A stretch of 63,784 nt of DNA, counting the filler, from Basidioascus undulatus (taxonomy: Eukaryota), in the NCBI GenBank assembly GCA_000826855.1. It is 11 parts of 11 records of this genome, joined end to end, with 100 filler letters (N's around TTAATTAATTAA, not from the genome) between each part and the next. Parts side by side here need not be neighbours in the genome. Positions count along the whole stretch, not along the records: positions 23,285 to 28,994 come from JTLS01001885.1; positions 29,095 to 34,799 come from JTLS01001886.1; positions 34,900 to 40,604 come from JTLS01001887.1; 8 more parts are not named here. One strand, written 5' to 3'. The notes beneath the pieces were generated by a model. The model was not told the DNA's origin, did no database searches, and saw only the letters and a list, made by a program, of their open reading frames with translations. The stretch's first letter is position 1. Each line of letters opens with the position of its first letter. The position numbers and the translations under genes were made by a program. Below, piece after piece: positions 24,596 to 36,773 of this stretch.

Positions 24596-24612
24596 GTAGA
24601 GCAAGTTGTGTA

Positions 24613-24677
24613 GGACTTAAGGCCATCCGCGCATCTTTGTGTACCAGTTCGCGTTAACCGCTCTGAGCTACGGGCGC
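24613..24677 (-). pseudogene. tRNA-like relic or tRNA-derived SINE head
   Basis: Minus strand GCGCCCG-TAGCTCAGAGCGGTTAACGCG is a tRNA-like 5' end with an A box at position 8. A degenerate B-box-like CCTTAAGTCC follows; there is no complete acceptor stem. Confidence 0.4.
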
Positions 24678-24938
24678 TCACACCACCCTTTTCAAAGTCA
24701 AGACTCCAGCGGCAAGCTAGTGCCAGGCGTGGCTGGCCAGCGTTGCAGAACTTTCAACCTGGGCAGTTGTGCCTGATACCCAGACAATCTCCGAATACTT
24801 CTTCAAGCTGGGCCGTACTTTCGCAAAACCAGCTAATCATACCGAGTCGGATTTGACGTATTGGTATCGCATGGACGTCAACTATAGTGTAGTGTGTGGA
24901 TTAAAGGTTAAAAGTTTTCAACTGGCCAGGCTGACGCT

Positions 24939-25012
24939 GGCCGCTTAACTCAGTTGGTTAGAGTGTGGAGCTAATAACTCCAAAGTCGCAGGTTCGACCC
25001 CTGCAGTGGCCA
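24939..25012 (+). tRNA. tRNA-Ile (AAT anticodon), intronless
   Basis: Acceptor stem GGCCGCT/AGTGGCC; D arm ACTCAGTTGGTTAGAGT; anticodon arm TGGAG-CTAATAA-CTCCA; T arm GCAGG-TTCGACC-CCTGC; TTTT at 25017-25020. Confidence 0.97.
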
Positions 25013-25379
25013 AAGGTTTTGCTTCCCATGGACGCCTGTCTTATACAATTGTCGGGCCAGCCATGCGAAGATCGAACGAGCCGCTAGGCCGACTGCGACA
25101 TGCTGTCGCCAGCCCCTGGCTTTCTGTTGCCCTGCGCCCTGTTTTCCCTCACAGAAGATTTTTTATGCCGCTCCTCGTGAGGCCAGACAGCCTAAAATTT
25201 TGGACGTGCCTGCCTCCTTCGGATGCAAGTTCAGCGGGAGAGCAGGCACTCTTGGTTGACGCGCCGAAGCACAGTTCTCCTTCCATCGCTCGAGCCCTAG
25301 TCCGAGGCGATGCTGTCTTTATGCTACGGCAATTGCCACTAATACAATTGTTGCCCATCCCCATCCCCATCCCTATCCT

Positions 25380-25960
25380 TTGCAACCTCACCACACTCTT
25401 CCACCGTGCTCACGCCTCTGCGGCCGGCTCCCTCGGGTATCTGCAGTATGCGTCGTAGATATAGCTGACGACGTAGGTTCCTGTTCCGATCCCCCAGTTA
25501 GTCAATAAGGAGGCAAAGGGAACGGGACGGAAGACGAACCCTCCAGCAAGCTGAAGATTGAATACTGGTAGTCCTGCGCGCCCGTGACGGTATCAAGGGA
25601 GGCCATCGGGTCGTGCTGTGGCGCGACGCCATCTGGTTTACCCTCTACATTGTCGTCTGTAAGTGTCTGTGTCCTGGTTCGCGTCGAAGAAGACGAGCTG
25701 ACCTCGTTCGAGTTGCTGATCAGGGCTCATGGGCTGGAACTCGCTCCACACCAGCCGCGCGATGTTCTCCGTGTCGATGGCCTTGCACACGGCGAAGCGC
25801 AAACAGTTCCTTACCCCGTTCTGGTACAACCTCGGCGCGTACGGCGGCATAGTCATCAACCAGCTGCTCATACTGATCCCTAAGCGGTTTGCCAAGTTGG
25901 TGGGTTTGTCGATTGCAAATGGAAGCCATCCCACTCTGCATGTCTGCAGGCGCACTCCAG
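25380..25960 (-). pseudogene. Unidentified gene relic
   Basis: Coding-like composition in shifting frames (DQYEQLVDDYAAVRAEV; ARLVWSEFQPMSPDQQLERGQLVFFD; GAQDYQYSIFSLLE) with an apparent intron near 25482-25540. No clear start. Confidence 0.25.
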
Positions 25961-26010
25961 TCTATACCCACAACACTGAAAACAAAACAAATCCATGCAC
26001 CTCCATCCCC

Positions 26011-28994
26011 TCAGTCTTCCCTCTTTTCTCTCATGCTCGGCGGTCTCCCATCCCTCACCGGCACCTCATCCCCAAGCTCCCACCCACTCTTACAGTCCCC
26101 TGCAAAGTCCACCTCCCTCACCATCCGCCCCAGCCCGCTCTCAAAGTCCGCGCGCGCGCACAGCCCGTCTGCGCTGAAGGCGCATGACCCGAGGGACTCG
26201 AGCGAGACGACCGCGTCGTTTAGGAGGACGCGGACGTGGTCGCCCTTCATGGGGCGGTTGGAGGACCCGCCGGAGCAGGATAGGAGCTGGATTACTATGT
26301 TGCCGGCGAAGGGGGCCTGGGAGGCGGAGAGGGAATGAGCGGGAGGTTATGGAAGGGGAGGGGAGAGGGGAGAGGGAAGGGGAAGGGATGGCGAGGATAA
26401 GCGAGGAGCAGGAGACGCACAATGTGAGATGTCCGCCAGCGTGTGGACAGCGCCGAGTCGACGGGAAGCTTGTGAATCGGCGGTGGCTCGGAGAATTGTG
26501 TCCTGCAAAACGTCTCCTATCAGCACAATGCACCCTCCCGCAGTATATCAGACGTACAGGTTCAGTGCCGTAACGACGTTGGCGAGAACCTATTAAACCG
26601 TCATCCGTCAGCCTTCTAACCCGCGCACACTTGCTTCCTCAACCCGACGAAGCACCGTATCGTGGCTGAAGTCCACATAAATCGGTTGATCAAGCGGGAA
26701 GGTCCGGCTGTCGTCGTCGAGTGTCGCGTTCGTCGACGAGTTGTGTACGGCGATCGGCGTGGAGGTGAGGCGGGCGAGGAGCTCCTATTACCGGGCGGGC
26801 GGGCAGGTCAGCTCGCAATGGCGAAATAGACGGTTGAGTTCGTTGGGAGGGAAGAGAAGACAAGGGAGAGGACGTGCCTGGATGTACCCGACGCCTTGCG
26901 CCTTGCCTACGGGCGAACCGAAGCCGGAGTCTGTGTGAGGCGAGACAGAACGCGTCCTATGGATCAGCGGGCGAGTGGTGGGGCAGACAGTGAGAGTGGA
27001 CGATCGAAGGAGCGGAGGAGGTAGGAGGGGGAGGTGATGCAAGAAACAAAGCCGAAAGAAGATGGGCGCCGGGTGGAGGATTGGAAAGAGGGAAGACCCG
27101 CCCGCCAAATGTACCTCCATGAAACGCAATATCCCACGCATGCCCATACCCTGCCCACTCCTTCTGCGTGAACAAGCCACAGAACCTCGAGTAACCCAGC
27201 GCGACCGTCTCGTCTGCCCGCCCCACCTCATCTCATCAGCTTCTCCCCCTTCCCTTCTCCTTTATCGGTCAACTTACAAGCGCACAGGTCCTATGCCCCC
27301 TCCCACGCACATCAGACCAAGGGTTGCGGAAGCGGAAGGGAGATGGGAGGAGAGAACACGGAGGGAAGGGGGCGAGGAGGGTAAGTAGGGGTTAAAGACG
27401 GACCTGCAGCGCATGCGCGTCCTCGACGCCAAACTCAAAGTTGTCTGAGAGCACGTTGAGCCGGTCGACCGCGCGCGAGAGATAGGTGGCGCGCCAGCGC
27501 TGCGCGTTGCGCGAGCCGCGGTAGGCTTCGGGGCGGTCGCAGGCGTCTGATTCGGGTGTGGGGTGGGGTGGAATGAGCGCGAGAGAGTGGGAGGAAGAAG
27601 GTTAAAGGAGAAGAGGAGGATGGAAGGGAGATCAGGAAGGGGAGAGAGAGGAGGCAAGATGGAGGAGGCAAGGAGGTATGAAAGGCGTCGGAGGTGGTGA
27701 ACAAGGTGCGAGGTGCGAGGTGCGAGGTGAAAGGGACGAGGTGAGGGACGATTAAGATAAGCTGGAGAGAAAATAGGAGAGAAGGGGAAGGAAGACGGGA
27801 AGAACAGAGAAAGAACGGACCGTAAGGAGCGAGTGTGTTGTTAAAGTCCTTCCATCTGACACGGTCGCGCCTGTGTCAGCAAAGGCGCCGAAAATGCAGA
27901 GCAAAGGCGAAGAATGGAAGGATAGAAGCTGGGACGGGGAAGGTTAATAAAAACGCACTCATGCAGCAACGACAGATGCATCCTCTCCGCCCAAGCGTCG
28001 ACTCCGAAGAACCCTGCTGACCAGTGGATGGCGGACTGGTGCATGCGGTGCCTGCTCTCTTTTTTCCGTCAGTTTCGGTGCTTCGTTTTCCGCTCCTCTT
28101 GCCATTACAGGAGAAGGTGAAGGGAAGGCGTTGCGGATGGGGAGGCGGAAGGCGCAGGAGAAGGGGGATGGGAATCGAGAGGCGAAGGGAGGAGGGTGAA
28201 GGTAGGAGGTTGAGGAACGACGCACTGCGTGGTCGTGCGGAACACCGGCTTCTTCGCAAAGTCCCTGAGGAGGTATCCATACTTGTTGCGGAAGCTGGCC
28301 TGCACCGCACACCCCATTGCCCCTCCCAGTCAGCGCGGTCGGGCCATCTCGTTAGAGCAAAAACGGGGGGAGAGAGAAGATGTGGCGAGAGTGAGGAGGA
28401 CGGAAACAATAGGGTCGCGAGGAAAGAAGACGGGAAGATGGGGAGAGGGACGGGAGGAGGGAAGAAGGAAGGGGGAAGCGAAGGAAATGGGAGGTGGAAA
28501 AGAAGAGGAGGGTCGACGGTTGCGGGAGAGAGAAGGAGGCGTACCCCGCTATCGAGCAGTTGCTGCCTTCCCGAGGGCGTGAGGATCTCCTCCCCGAGGT
28601 CGTACGTCCATTCATTGAGCTGTCCATCCAACCCATCCGTAGCCATCGGTCACCCAAGCACGCTCTAGCTCCCGCTCCTCGCAGTTTGGAAGTCCGTCGA
28701 GGGGTGGGAGGAAAGGGGGGCGTCGGTCGGGGAGAGGAGGGAGGGAAAGGCATGGTGATGGAAGGGAAGGGGAAGCCGTGGAGATGGTAGGGGAGGAGAG
28801 GAGAAGCGACGACGCACGAATGCCAACTCCCCCCTGAACCCCACTCTCCGCCCCCTGGAGTCTGAAGCATTAAACCCACGCTGCACAGCCGCGTGCAGAC
28901 GCTTTGCGAACTCCCCGGGCGGGGCGCCGGTAGTTGGGTATCGGGCGCCTGAGGGGTATTGCTCGTACGTTAACTCATGAGATATTGCAAAGGC
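26011..28994 (-). CDS. Histidine acid phosphatase / 3-phytase; many introns, 5' truncated
   Basis: GARYPT (end of RHGxRxP), [91 protein letters not shown]. Confidence 0.93.
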
Positions 28995-29094
28995 NNNNNN
29001 NNNNNNNNNNNNNNNNNNNNNNNNNNNNNNNNNNNNNNTTAATTAATTAANNNNNNNNNNNNNNNNNNNNNNNNNNNNNNNNNNNNNNNNNNNN
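28995..29094. other. Artificial contig-joining linker
   Basis: N44-TTAATTAATTAA-N44. Confidence 0.99.
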
Positions 29095-30233
29095 CGTCCC
29101 TCGGACTCTCCCTCGGCGCAGGAGTGGCCCTTCCACCCCCAAACTCACAGTCTGGATCTCATCGCAAATCAAGAGCACATTCCACTTCCTGCACAGCTCC
29201 TGCGCGCCGCGGAGGTACCCCTCGTCCGGTACGACGATGCCCGCCTCGCCCTGGATGGGCTCGACGAGGAATGCGGCCGTTTCCTTCCCGTGGCGCTCCA
29301 GCGCGCGCTCGAGGTCCCCGAGATTGTTGTACCGGATCCGGCCGGGTGCTTCGCCTTCGCCGACGGGGAAGGTTGGGCCCACGTGAGGCAGGAACGGCCC
29401 GAAGTGCGTCGTGCTGTCGGGGTCGGTGGACATGGCTGGTCAAAAATCCATGTGAGCAGGTTGGCATCTTGCACAGAAGCGGAAGAAGGTGGGAAGGGGA
29501 AGGGGAAGGGCACGCACAAACGATACCGATCGTCCTCCCATGGAAGTTCCCCTCGACGCTCAGGATCCGCGCCCGATTCTCAGGCACGCCCTTGCGGACG
29601 TACGCCCACTTGCGCGCGAGCTTGAGCGCTGTCTCGACGGCCTCGGCGCCCGTGTTCATGGGGAGGACCATCTCGTACCCGAACGTCTCGGTCACCGTCT
29701 TGGCGAAGAGGCCGAAGACGTTGTTGTAAAACGCGCGCGAGGAGAGGGTCAGCTTTTGCGCTTGGGTGGTGAGGGCATTGCTACGGGCAGGGATGGGTGT
29801 GAGGGCAGGAGGGAGGACGAAGGAGGGAGAGGGGGAAGGGGGACGGACACGATACGGGGGTGGCAGTGCCCTTGGTTCACCGCGGAGTATGCGGAGAGGA
29901 AGTCGCTGTTGAGCAGCACAGGCAATGAGCGTCACACGAGAATGGTGGGATGAGGGAAGAGCACAACGCACAGGTACCGGTTCCCCTCCGGGTCCCAGAC
30001 CTCGCTGCCCTTCGCGCGCTCAAAGACGACGGGGAGGGGGTGGTCTATCCCACCCATCTCATGAACAAGTCGCCCCAGAAAAGTCAAGGAGGATGGAAGT
30101 GGAACGGACAGTTGTGCGCGCTGTACTCGTGCTCGAGCTGCATGACCTCCGTCGAGCTCAGCTTGGGGATGAGGTCCTCGCCCTGCTTGCCATCGGCCTT
30201 GCTGGGCTGGGAGGGGACGGCGACGGGGTACAT
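29095..30233 (-). CDS. CAR2: Ornithine aminotransferase; 3' truncated
   Basis: [88 protein letters not shown]. Confidence 0.97.
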
Positions 30234-30591
30234 GGCTATGGCTCTTTATGAGAATGTCCTTTTGGTTTGTGGTTGTGGATGATGGTGGTAAGCGAGAGAG
30301 GCGTGCGTAAGAGGAAGAGAGAAGACCGTCAAGTTGAATCATGGACAGAGCATGCGGATGCAGCCTCGGCTCGTTCCAATCACATGCGAGCCGCGATTGT
30401 GGGCCGCCGGAGGTGTGATGAACCTTAAACACGGTAAGCGAGAGCGGGGGTGCGCGCGGATCGTCCGCGGTGGGTGGGAGTCCCGGTTAGGGAAGTCGCC
30501 GGGCCGGCAGGAGAGTCGACATTTGGCGACGCATCGTCTTGACTCTCGAATGCACCTTTCGATATCTCTCCAAGCAACCAGGTTGTCCAAG

Positions 30592-32316
30592 ATGGCAGAG
30601 CAGTATCAGTCCGAGTATTACGAGGTCAGCTTCGTGGAGGAGCATGTCTTGCTCGTCTGCATCAACAGGTGAGCCACCTCGACTCTGAACCAACTCCCCA
30701 TCTCGACTGCTGAACTTGTACGATGCATGTGCAGGCCCAAGAAGTACAGTCGCACTCTCCACCCTCTTATGGTGTTCTCTTCTGAGACCTCTCACTTCAG
30801 GATCAACGCCTTCATCGAGCCCATGTGGCTCGACCTCCGCCGCAGTGCGTCCCTGTCCACCTTCCCCTTCCATCTCTCTCCTTCCCACTCTCATCATCCA
30901 TCCATTCAATCTCCCAGTATTCACCGCCGTCTCCCGAGACCCCCTCGTCCGGTCCGTAGTCCTGGCCGGCAACGGCCGGGGCTTCACGGCGGGGCTCGAC
31001 ATCGCCGCGTCCGCGCTGTCCAAGTCGGACCCGAACGCGGGCGCGGACGCTGCAGGGAGGGCGCTGGGGCTGAGGGAACATATCCTTGTGCGTTGGACCC
31101 ATTTTCTTGTGGGATGGATGGTGGGAGAAGGCTGGCTGATGGGGGGCGGGGGAACAGGAATTCCAAGACTGCATCACGTCCATCGAGACGTGCGGGAAGC
31201 CGGTGATTGCAGCCATGCATGGGATCGCGTATGGGCTCGGGGTAGACCTTTCTTCGGCATGCGATGTGCGTTCCTTTCTCACCCTTCCTATTCACCCCCA
31301 CTTCTTTTCTCCCCCCTCTCCCTCCTTTCCGCGTACCCTCCTTCCCGTCCCCTCTGATAAGTTTGAGCTTGCCCCGCCGCGCCCAGATCCGCTACGCATC
31401 CACCTCCACCCGCTTCAGCATCAAAGAGGTCGACGTCGGTCTCGCCGCGGACATCGGCACGCTCCAGCGCTTCCCGCGCCTCGTCGGGAACGACTCGGTC
31501 GTGCGCGAGCTCGCCTTTACCGCGCGCGAGTTTGGGGCCGATGAGGTGCGTGCGCCGCAGGCTTCTTTTCTCACTCCACGAACACGAAAGAGGAAAAGGA
31601 TAGAGGGAAAGGGGAAAGCGGGAGCGGGGAGCGGAGAGCGGAGAGAGGGGAGCTGGAAACTGATACGGGAGGAGAGGGGGCAGGCGAGGGATTTGGGGTT
31701 CCTGGGAAAGGTGGTGCAGGGCGGGAGGGAGGAGGTGGTCGGTGAGTGGGGGTTCTACTTTCATGCACTCTTCTTCTTTTTCTTTTCATTTGCGAGAATG
31801 TTGAATCGCTGAATCGTCTTCCATCGTGCCCACCCCAAAGCTGCCGCGCTCGAAACAGCCAAGCTCATCGCTGTGCGTCGCCCGCACATCCTTCTTCTCT
31901 ATTTCTCTTCGTCCCACCTCAGAAGACCGCTCTGACTCAACGTATACGGAAATCACGCTACAGGCCAAATCACCCTTCGCCGTTCACTCCACTAAGCACC
32001 TCCTCCTCCACGCGCGGGACCATTCGTGGGTCCCGTTCCCTTTCCTCCTTTCCTTTCCCACATCATCCCATCCCCCTTTCCCCCCTTTTCCCCACCCCCT
32101 CCTTCCTTCCATCCGCCCATCCCTTCTCTCTCCCTCGATGAAGCTGCGGTACTGATTGCCCCCGAACCCAGTGTCCCCGAAGGCCTCACCTACACCGCGA
32201 CGTGGAACGCGTTCGGGCTGCAGTCGAACGACCTCAAGGCTGCGATGGGCGCGTTTGTCACCAAGTCTGCGCCGAAGTTCGGGAATCTTGGGGCGGGGGG
32301 GAAGAGCAAGCTCTGA
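30592..32316 (+). CDS. Peroxisomal delta(3,5)-delta(2,4)-dienoyl-CoA isomerase-like crotonase (ECH1-like)
   Basis: INR-PKK-INAF, VVLAGNGRGFTAGLD, KPVIAAMHG..YGLGVDL..ACDIRYA, FSIKEVDVGLAADIGTLQRFP, ARDHSVPEGL; C-terminal SKL* (PTS1). Confidence 0.92.
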
Positions 32317-33099
32317 GGATGATGATGATTATGCGTGTTCAGACAGTGGGCGGTGTGTGACATGCAGAGTTGGGTCGTGTTTGGCGCACATTTGGAGCCT
32401 ACTGATGAATTGTAGACTCGTTGGCTGCCATTAATGGTTGTTGCCAGAGGCCCAGTGCTGTGCGCACTGTGCGCACTCTCATTCCTAGGATCCCAGGCCT
32501 CCCCCGTCAGGTGAAACTGAGTGAGCTTGACATGCGTACTGTCGTAGACCTCGTTGGTTCATTGTGCACCAAAACTGCGGCTCTTGTTTCTGGTTTGAAA
32601 ATGTTCTGTCTAGCTGTCCATTGATACGCGAGGCTTCCTGCGAGGCTCCCTGCGCACCTGGACCTCGACTCTCAAGTGTACTCGGTCGTGCTTCGTTTCC
32701 TCGGCCACATTCGGCAGGATCAATGAGGAAAAGAGTTAGGAATAACCATTAAGTCTCTTCCGTGTGCACGTGGAAATGTCCAGCCCCACTCGACCGAGTA
32801 AGCTTTCGAACTGTGACTTTGACCTGGGTCGTTTGGCCTCTGTTCATGAGCCAACAGTCCTGACGTTCGAGTACAGCTTCACTTCCCAAGTTTTCGTGTC
32901 CTGTATTCGGTTCCATGGACTTGCTGCCAGCTTCAGGATGGCTTTGCTCGTGTGGGTGGTGCTGTATCGTGGTGTCAAACGCAACGGCCGGGCTGCCTCT
33001 CCAGCGCTGCGTTTCTTTCGCTTGATTTGGACTTTACTAACCCAGTAGTTCCACAAGACAAAGCAACAGTCACGCTTGAGGACGATGTCTAGTAAGATG

Positions 33100-33520
33100 G
33101 CGCTCAAGCGCGTAGTGCACGCCATTCCTCCTCTTTATCCGGTTCCGCTCTCACCGCGCCTCTCTCCCCTCTCGCCTTTTCGGCTCTCTTCCCTCTCCCT
33201 CTGTCAACCACCTGACTTTACGGCCCTGAATTTGAATTTCTATACCTTTCGACACTCTCGTCTACACAGAACAAATCAACGTTTGGTGCACCTGCGCACT
33301 GCGGTTCTTCGTTCTTGCGTGCCTTCCATCTGCAGCGCACTCGCTTCCACACCTCATCAAGTGCCTCTGTGCACCCGCCGTTTCCTCTGTTATGTTTATT
33401 TGTGCAATACGGTTTACATTCTTCTTCCTTGGATGCCTCTGCGCACGCCGTTCTGTGTGCCTTTTCTTCAAGTGCCTCTGCGCACTCTGTCGCGCTTTTC
33501 TCAGGGTGCCTCTGTACACC
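33100..33520 (+). repeat. Interspersed element, copy A, with array of 14-bp palindromes
   Basis: GTGC-N6-GCAC-type motifs at 33286, 33361, 33433, 33472 and 33506. The 5' part (GCCATTCCTC...TCCGGTTCCGC...GTCAACCACC) resembles 57420-57515. Boundaries approximate. Confidence 0.6.
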
Positions 33521-34744
33521 AGCTTATTCTTTACATATCGCTAATCCACACACCTCTTACCCTTCGCGATCCGAACCCGTATTCCCGTACCGTTCCTTTC
33601 TTCTCTTTCTCCGGATCCAATCGGACTCTTTCCCCTTTCGTGCTTCTACGCACTCCGACTTAGCTCCTTTTCCACAGATACCTCTTCCCTGCGAGCGCCC
33701 GAACAATTCTCTGCTCATCCTTCCGTGGCCAACAGTGCTGCTCAAGTTCCCGAGTCAACCCGCCGACGCTCGCCTTCTGCTTGGGCAACTGCGCACCAAC
33801 TTCGTCGGTCTCAGGGCCTCCACGCCTTGATAATCGCTCTCAAACCCCTCTTTACGAGACAATCGCTCTCTATCTTTTAGTTTCCGGCTGGTGCATTCAG
33901 CGCACTACCATTCTTCCTTCTCTAATCTTTCCCTTCAGGTGGTGCTGCGCGCATGCGCTTGACCCCTTCCCCAGGTACCTCGATACTCCGTCGGACTTTC
34001 TGATTCCCACACAAACTCTTGATTTTACTTGGTAGGTCCACGTGCTGAACCTGCATGGGTGCCTCAGCTCACCCTAATGCTCTTCTGTTAAGCGATGTCG
34101 AGAGCTTTAGTACGGGCGTGCAGGGACCTGAAAGTGCCCTCGTCAAGTGCATCCTAACGCACTGCTTTACACAGTGGAAAGAATTGGGGCTTGGGGTACA
34201 GGCCCCTCTTTCAGCATTTGTCTGAGAAGTCCAGGGAATGGAGGATGCACTTATTGTGCAGGGCGGGACGGAGCCGCCGGTCCTGGGGTGTTCTTTCGCT
34301 GGAGTTGGCTGTCGGTTGCTCTAATTTCCTAGGACAACAAGGAATGATGATAGCGCTCTCTCCACATTTTCACTAGGCAGCTATTTAAACCTCGCCCCAA
34401 CATGTAAGGCCGGATGGGGACTACAGCCAAGCTTCGACATGGTAATCAAGGGTACTGCAAGAGGAATATTCTAGGACGCCGGGATGCTGTTACTTATCCA
34501 TTGGATCAATTATGTGGATATATTTCCTTGCGTTCCAATAACTCCCAGGTGTCGGTTGCATTTCCGAAGTGAGTGGCCTTCTCGTTCGCGGTCGACACCT
34601 TGGCCCCATCTGCCTCAAACCCCAAACATGAGGTTCAGGGTGTGAGATGCGCCCTATTGGGCGCCCTCAGTTTGTGGGTGACGTGGTGGAGAGAGTGCAC
34701 AACTGGGGGGTTGTGCGGACATGGACGCACTTGGGAAACTCGAA

Positions 34745-34799
34745 GCGTGGGCGCACCCCGACGTCGCCCTTATCCCATTGGGATCGCGCCTCACGGCAG
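34745..34799 (+). other. Second copy of the unidentified multicopy coding sequence (AWAHPDVALIPLGSRLTA)
   Basis: Encodes the same peptide as 5558-5612 and runs into the contig end. Confidence 0.6.
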
Positions 34800-34899
34800 N
34801 NNNNNNNNNNNNNNNNNNNNNNNNNNNNNNNNNNNNNNNNNNNTTAATTAATTAANNNNNNNNNNNNNNNNNNNNNNNNNNNNNNNNNNNNNNNNNNNN
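34800..34899. other. Artificial contig-joining linker
   Basis: N44-TTAATTAATTAA-N44. Confidence 0.99.
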
Positions 34900-36098
34900 G
34901 GGGTGGGAGGAAAAAAAAAAGGCAACGTACAGTCCAGCGTCCGTCAGGGGGAGCATCAACCCGGACCCCAGCTCCGCGAGCGCTTTGTAGAAGTCGGTCG
35001 CGTGCGCATAGCCGCTGCTTAGGGCGGGTTCGCAGGCGACTATGAACTGCAGAGGGGCTCGGGTCAGTGAGGGAGGGAGAAGGGGAGGGAAAGGGAGAAA
35101 GAGGGAAGGAATGCAGGGGAGGAGGAAGAGGAGGTAGGGAGAAGGAGGAGGGGGTAAGTACCAGAGTGATCCCCATCATCGACATGCGGCGAACGATCTG
35201 GAGCGGATCGTGGCCGTCCGGATCACCATTTGAAAAGCCTGTCTCCGCCCTCCAATCAGTTCCTCATCCCTTCCCCTTCCTCCCTGCACTCTTCTCGACT
35301 CACCGTCCAGCCGTTCCCCGATCCCGTGTGGAGGGGCGTCCGCCACAAGCACCGCCATCTTGCTCGCATTAGGCCTCCACTCAAGGTCCTCGAGCGCCGC
35401 GCGCAGCGCAGCCGTCACCGCCTCGGGGCCGTCTCCCCCGCCCGCGGCGCGCAGGGAGGACAGGTTGGCGTGGACCGTGGGCAGCGAGGAGGTGAACCCG
35501 AAGTTTTTAGTGACGTAGGTGCGGTCTTGGGGGGGGTGATCCCTGTCAACGATGAGAGGTCAGGACTTTGGAAGGGGAAGAGTTTAGGGGGAAGGAAGAG
35601 GAAGAGGAAGGGGGGAGGAAGGCGCACCGGTACGCGATCAGACCGATTCGGAGCGCTTCAGGCGAGGCCAGCTTTGACGACTGGGCGATCGTGGATGATA
35701 TATCGTGGATGTTGCGCGTCGCGGAGGAGATGTACTGGCCCATTGATCCCGTGGCCTGTCGAGGGCGCGCGGGGGTCAGGTCAAGAGTTGGGGGGGAGGA
35801 GGTATGGAAGAGAAGAGAAGAGGAAGTGGAAGGGGAGCGGAGGGGACGCGCATCCATGATGAAGCAGAGATCGCTGGGGGCTTCGGCAGGTGAGCGCCGG
35901 GCCGGGAACGGATGGAGGTGAGGGACGCACAGCATGTTGTTCTCCACCGTCTCTGGATCCCCCGAGATCGTCGGCTGCTCAGCGGCGTCAGTGCCGACGT
36001 CGACCTGGGCGTCTCAAGCCCACCGCATCAGCAACCGCTCTCCCATCGAGCGCGGAGAGGCTCACCCCAGCCTGAGGCGCAGGATCAGCGATATGCAT
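34900..36098 (-). CDS. von Willebrand factor A (MIDAS) domain protein of the alpha-kinase VwkA-like VWA type; 3' truncated
   Basis: DLCFIMD-ATGSMGQYI (DxTxS MIDAS), IGLIAYRDHPPQD..YVT, AAGGGDGPEAV, WRPNASKMAVLVADAPPHG, PDGHDPL. Start codon approximate. Confidence 0.88.
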
Positions 36099-36773
36099 CG
36101 TCTCTTCTTTCTCAATCTCGATCGAGTGGATGGTTGTTGGTGGTACGAAACTAGAACAGCGAGCGACGCGGCTTTATGGGACGCGACTGAATGCAAGGCT
36201 GTGAGAGAGTGATGGCTGCCTTGCGCCGCCTCGAGGGTGAGTCACGGCAAGTCACGGGCGGATCCCGCATCCGATTTGAGAGAACGGTATGAAATCGAGG
36301 ATGAGTATCGGAGTTTGAAGCGTCCCAGAACGATGGCGGTTCGTGGATTTGAGACTCGGTAGTCGGGAGTCAAGAGAACGAATGCATCCGCTACAAGATC
36401 TGACGTCCCGGGCTTCGGTCGAGAGCGGGTGAGGGGAATGCGAAATTGAGTTGGTTGATTGAGCGCAAGTGTTAACATCACATGTTCGTGAGAAGAAACA
36501 TGCTTGAGTACGCAGCGTGAGGACTACGTACGGTGTTGAAGGAAGAGAGCGTGCTCGCGATGGAACGCGCGGCCCGTAACGTCAGCTCCCGGGCAGCCCG
36601 CACGCGTCGTCATGCCCATTGCCTTTGACCGCTTTCACTCGCCTTCTCGCTTCGCATTCGCATTCACCCTCTCACGCATCTTCCCACTCCCACCCACGCC
36701 TGCATTCTCCTCCTCCGGCACATTTATAAACCACACTTTCGGAAACAGCCACACACCCGACTAACGGACCGCG

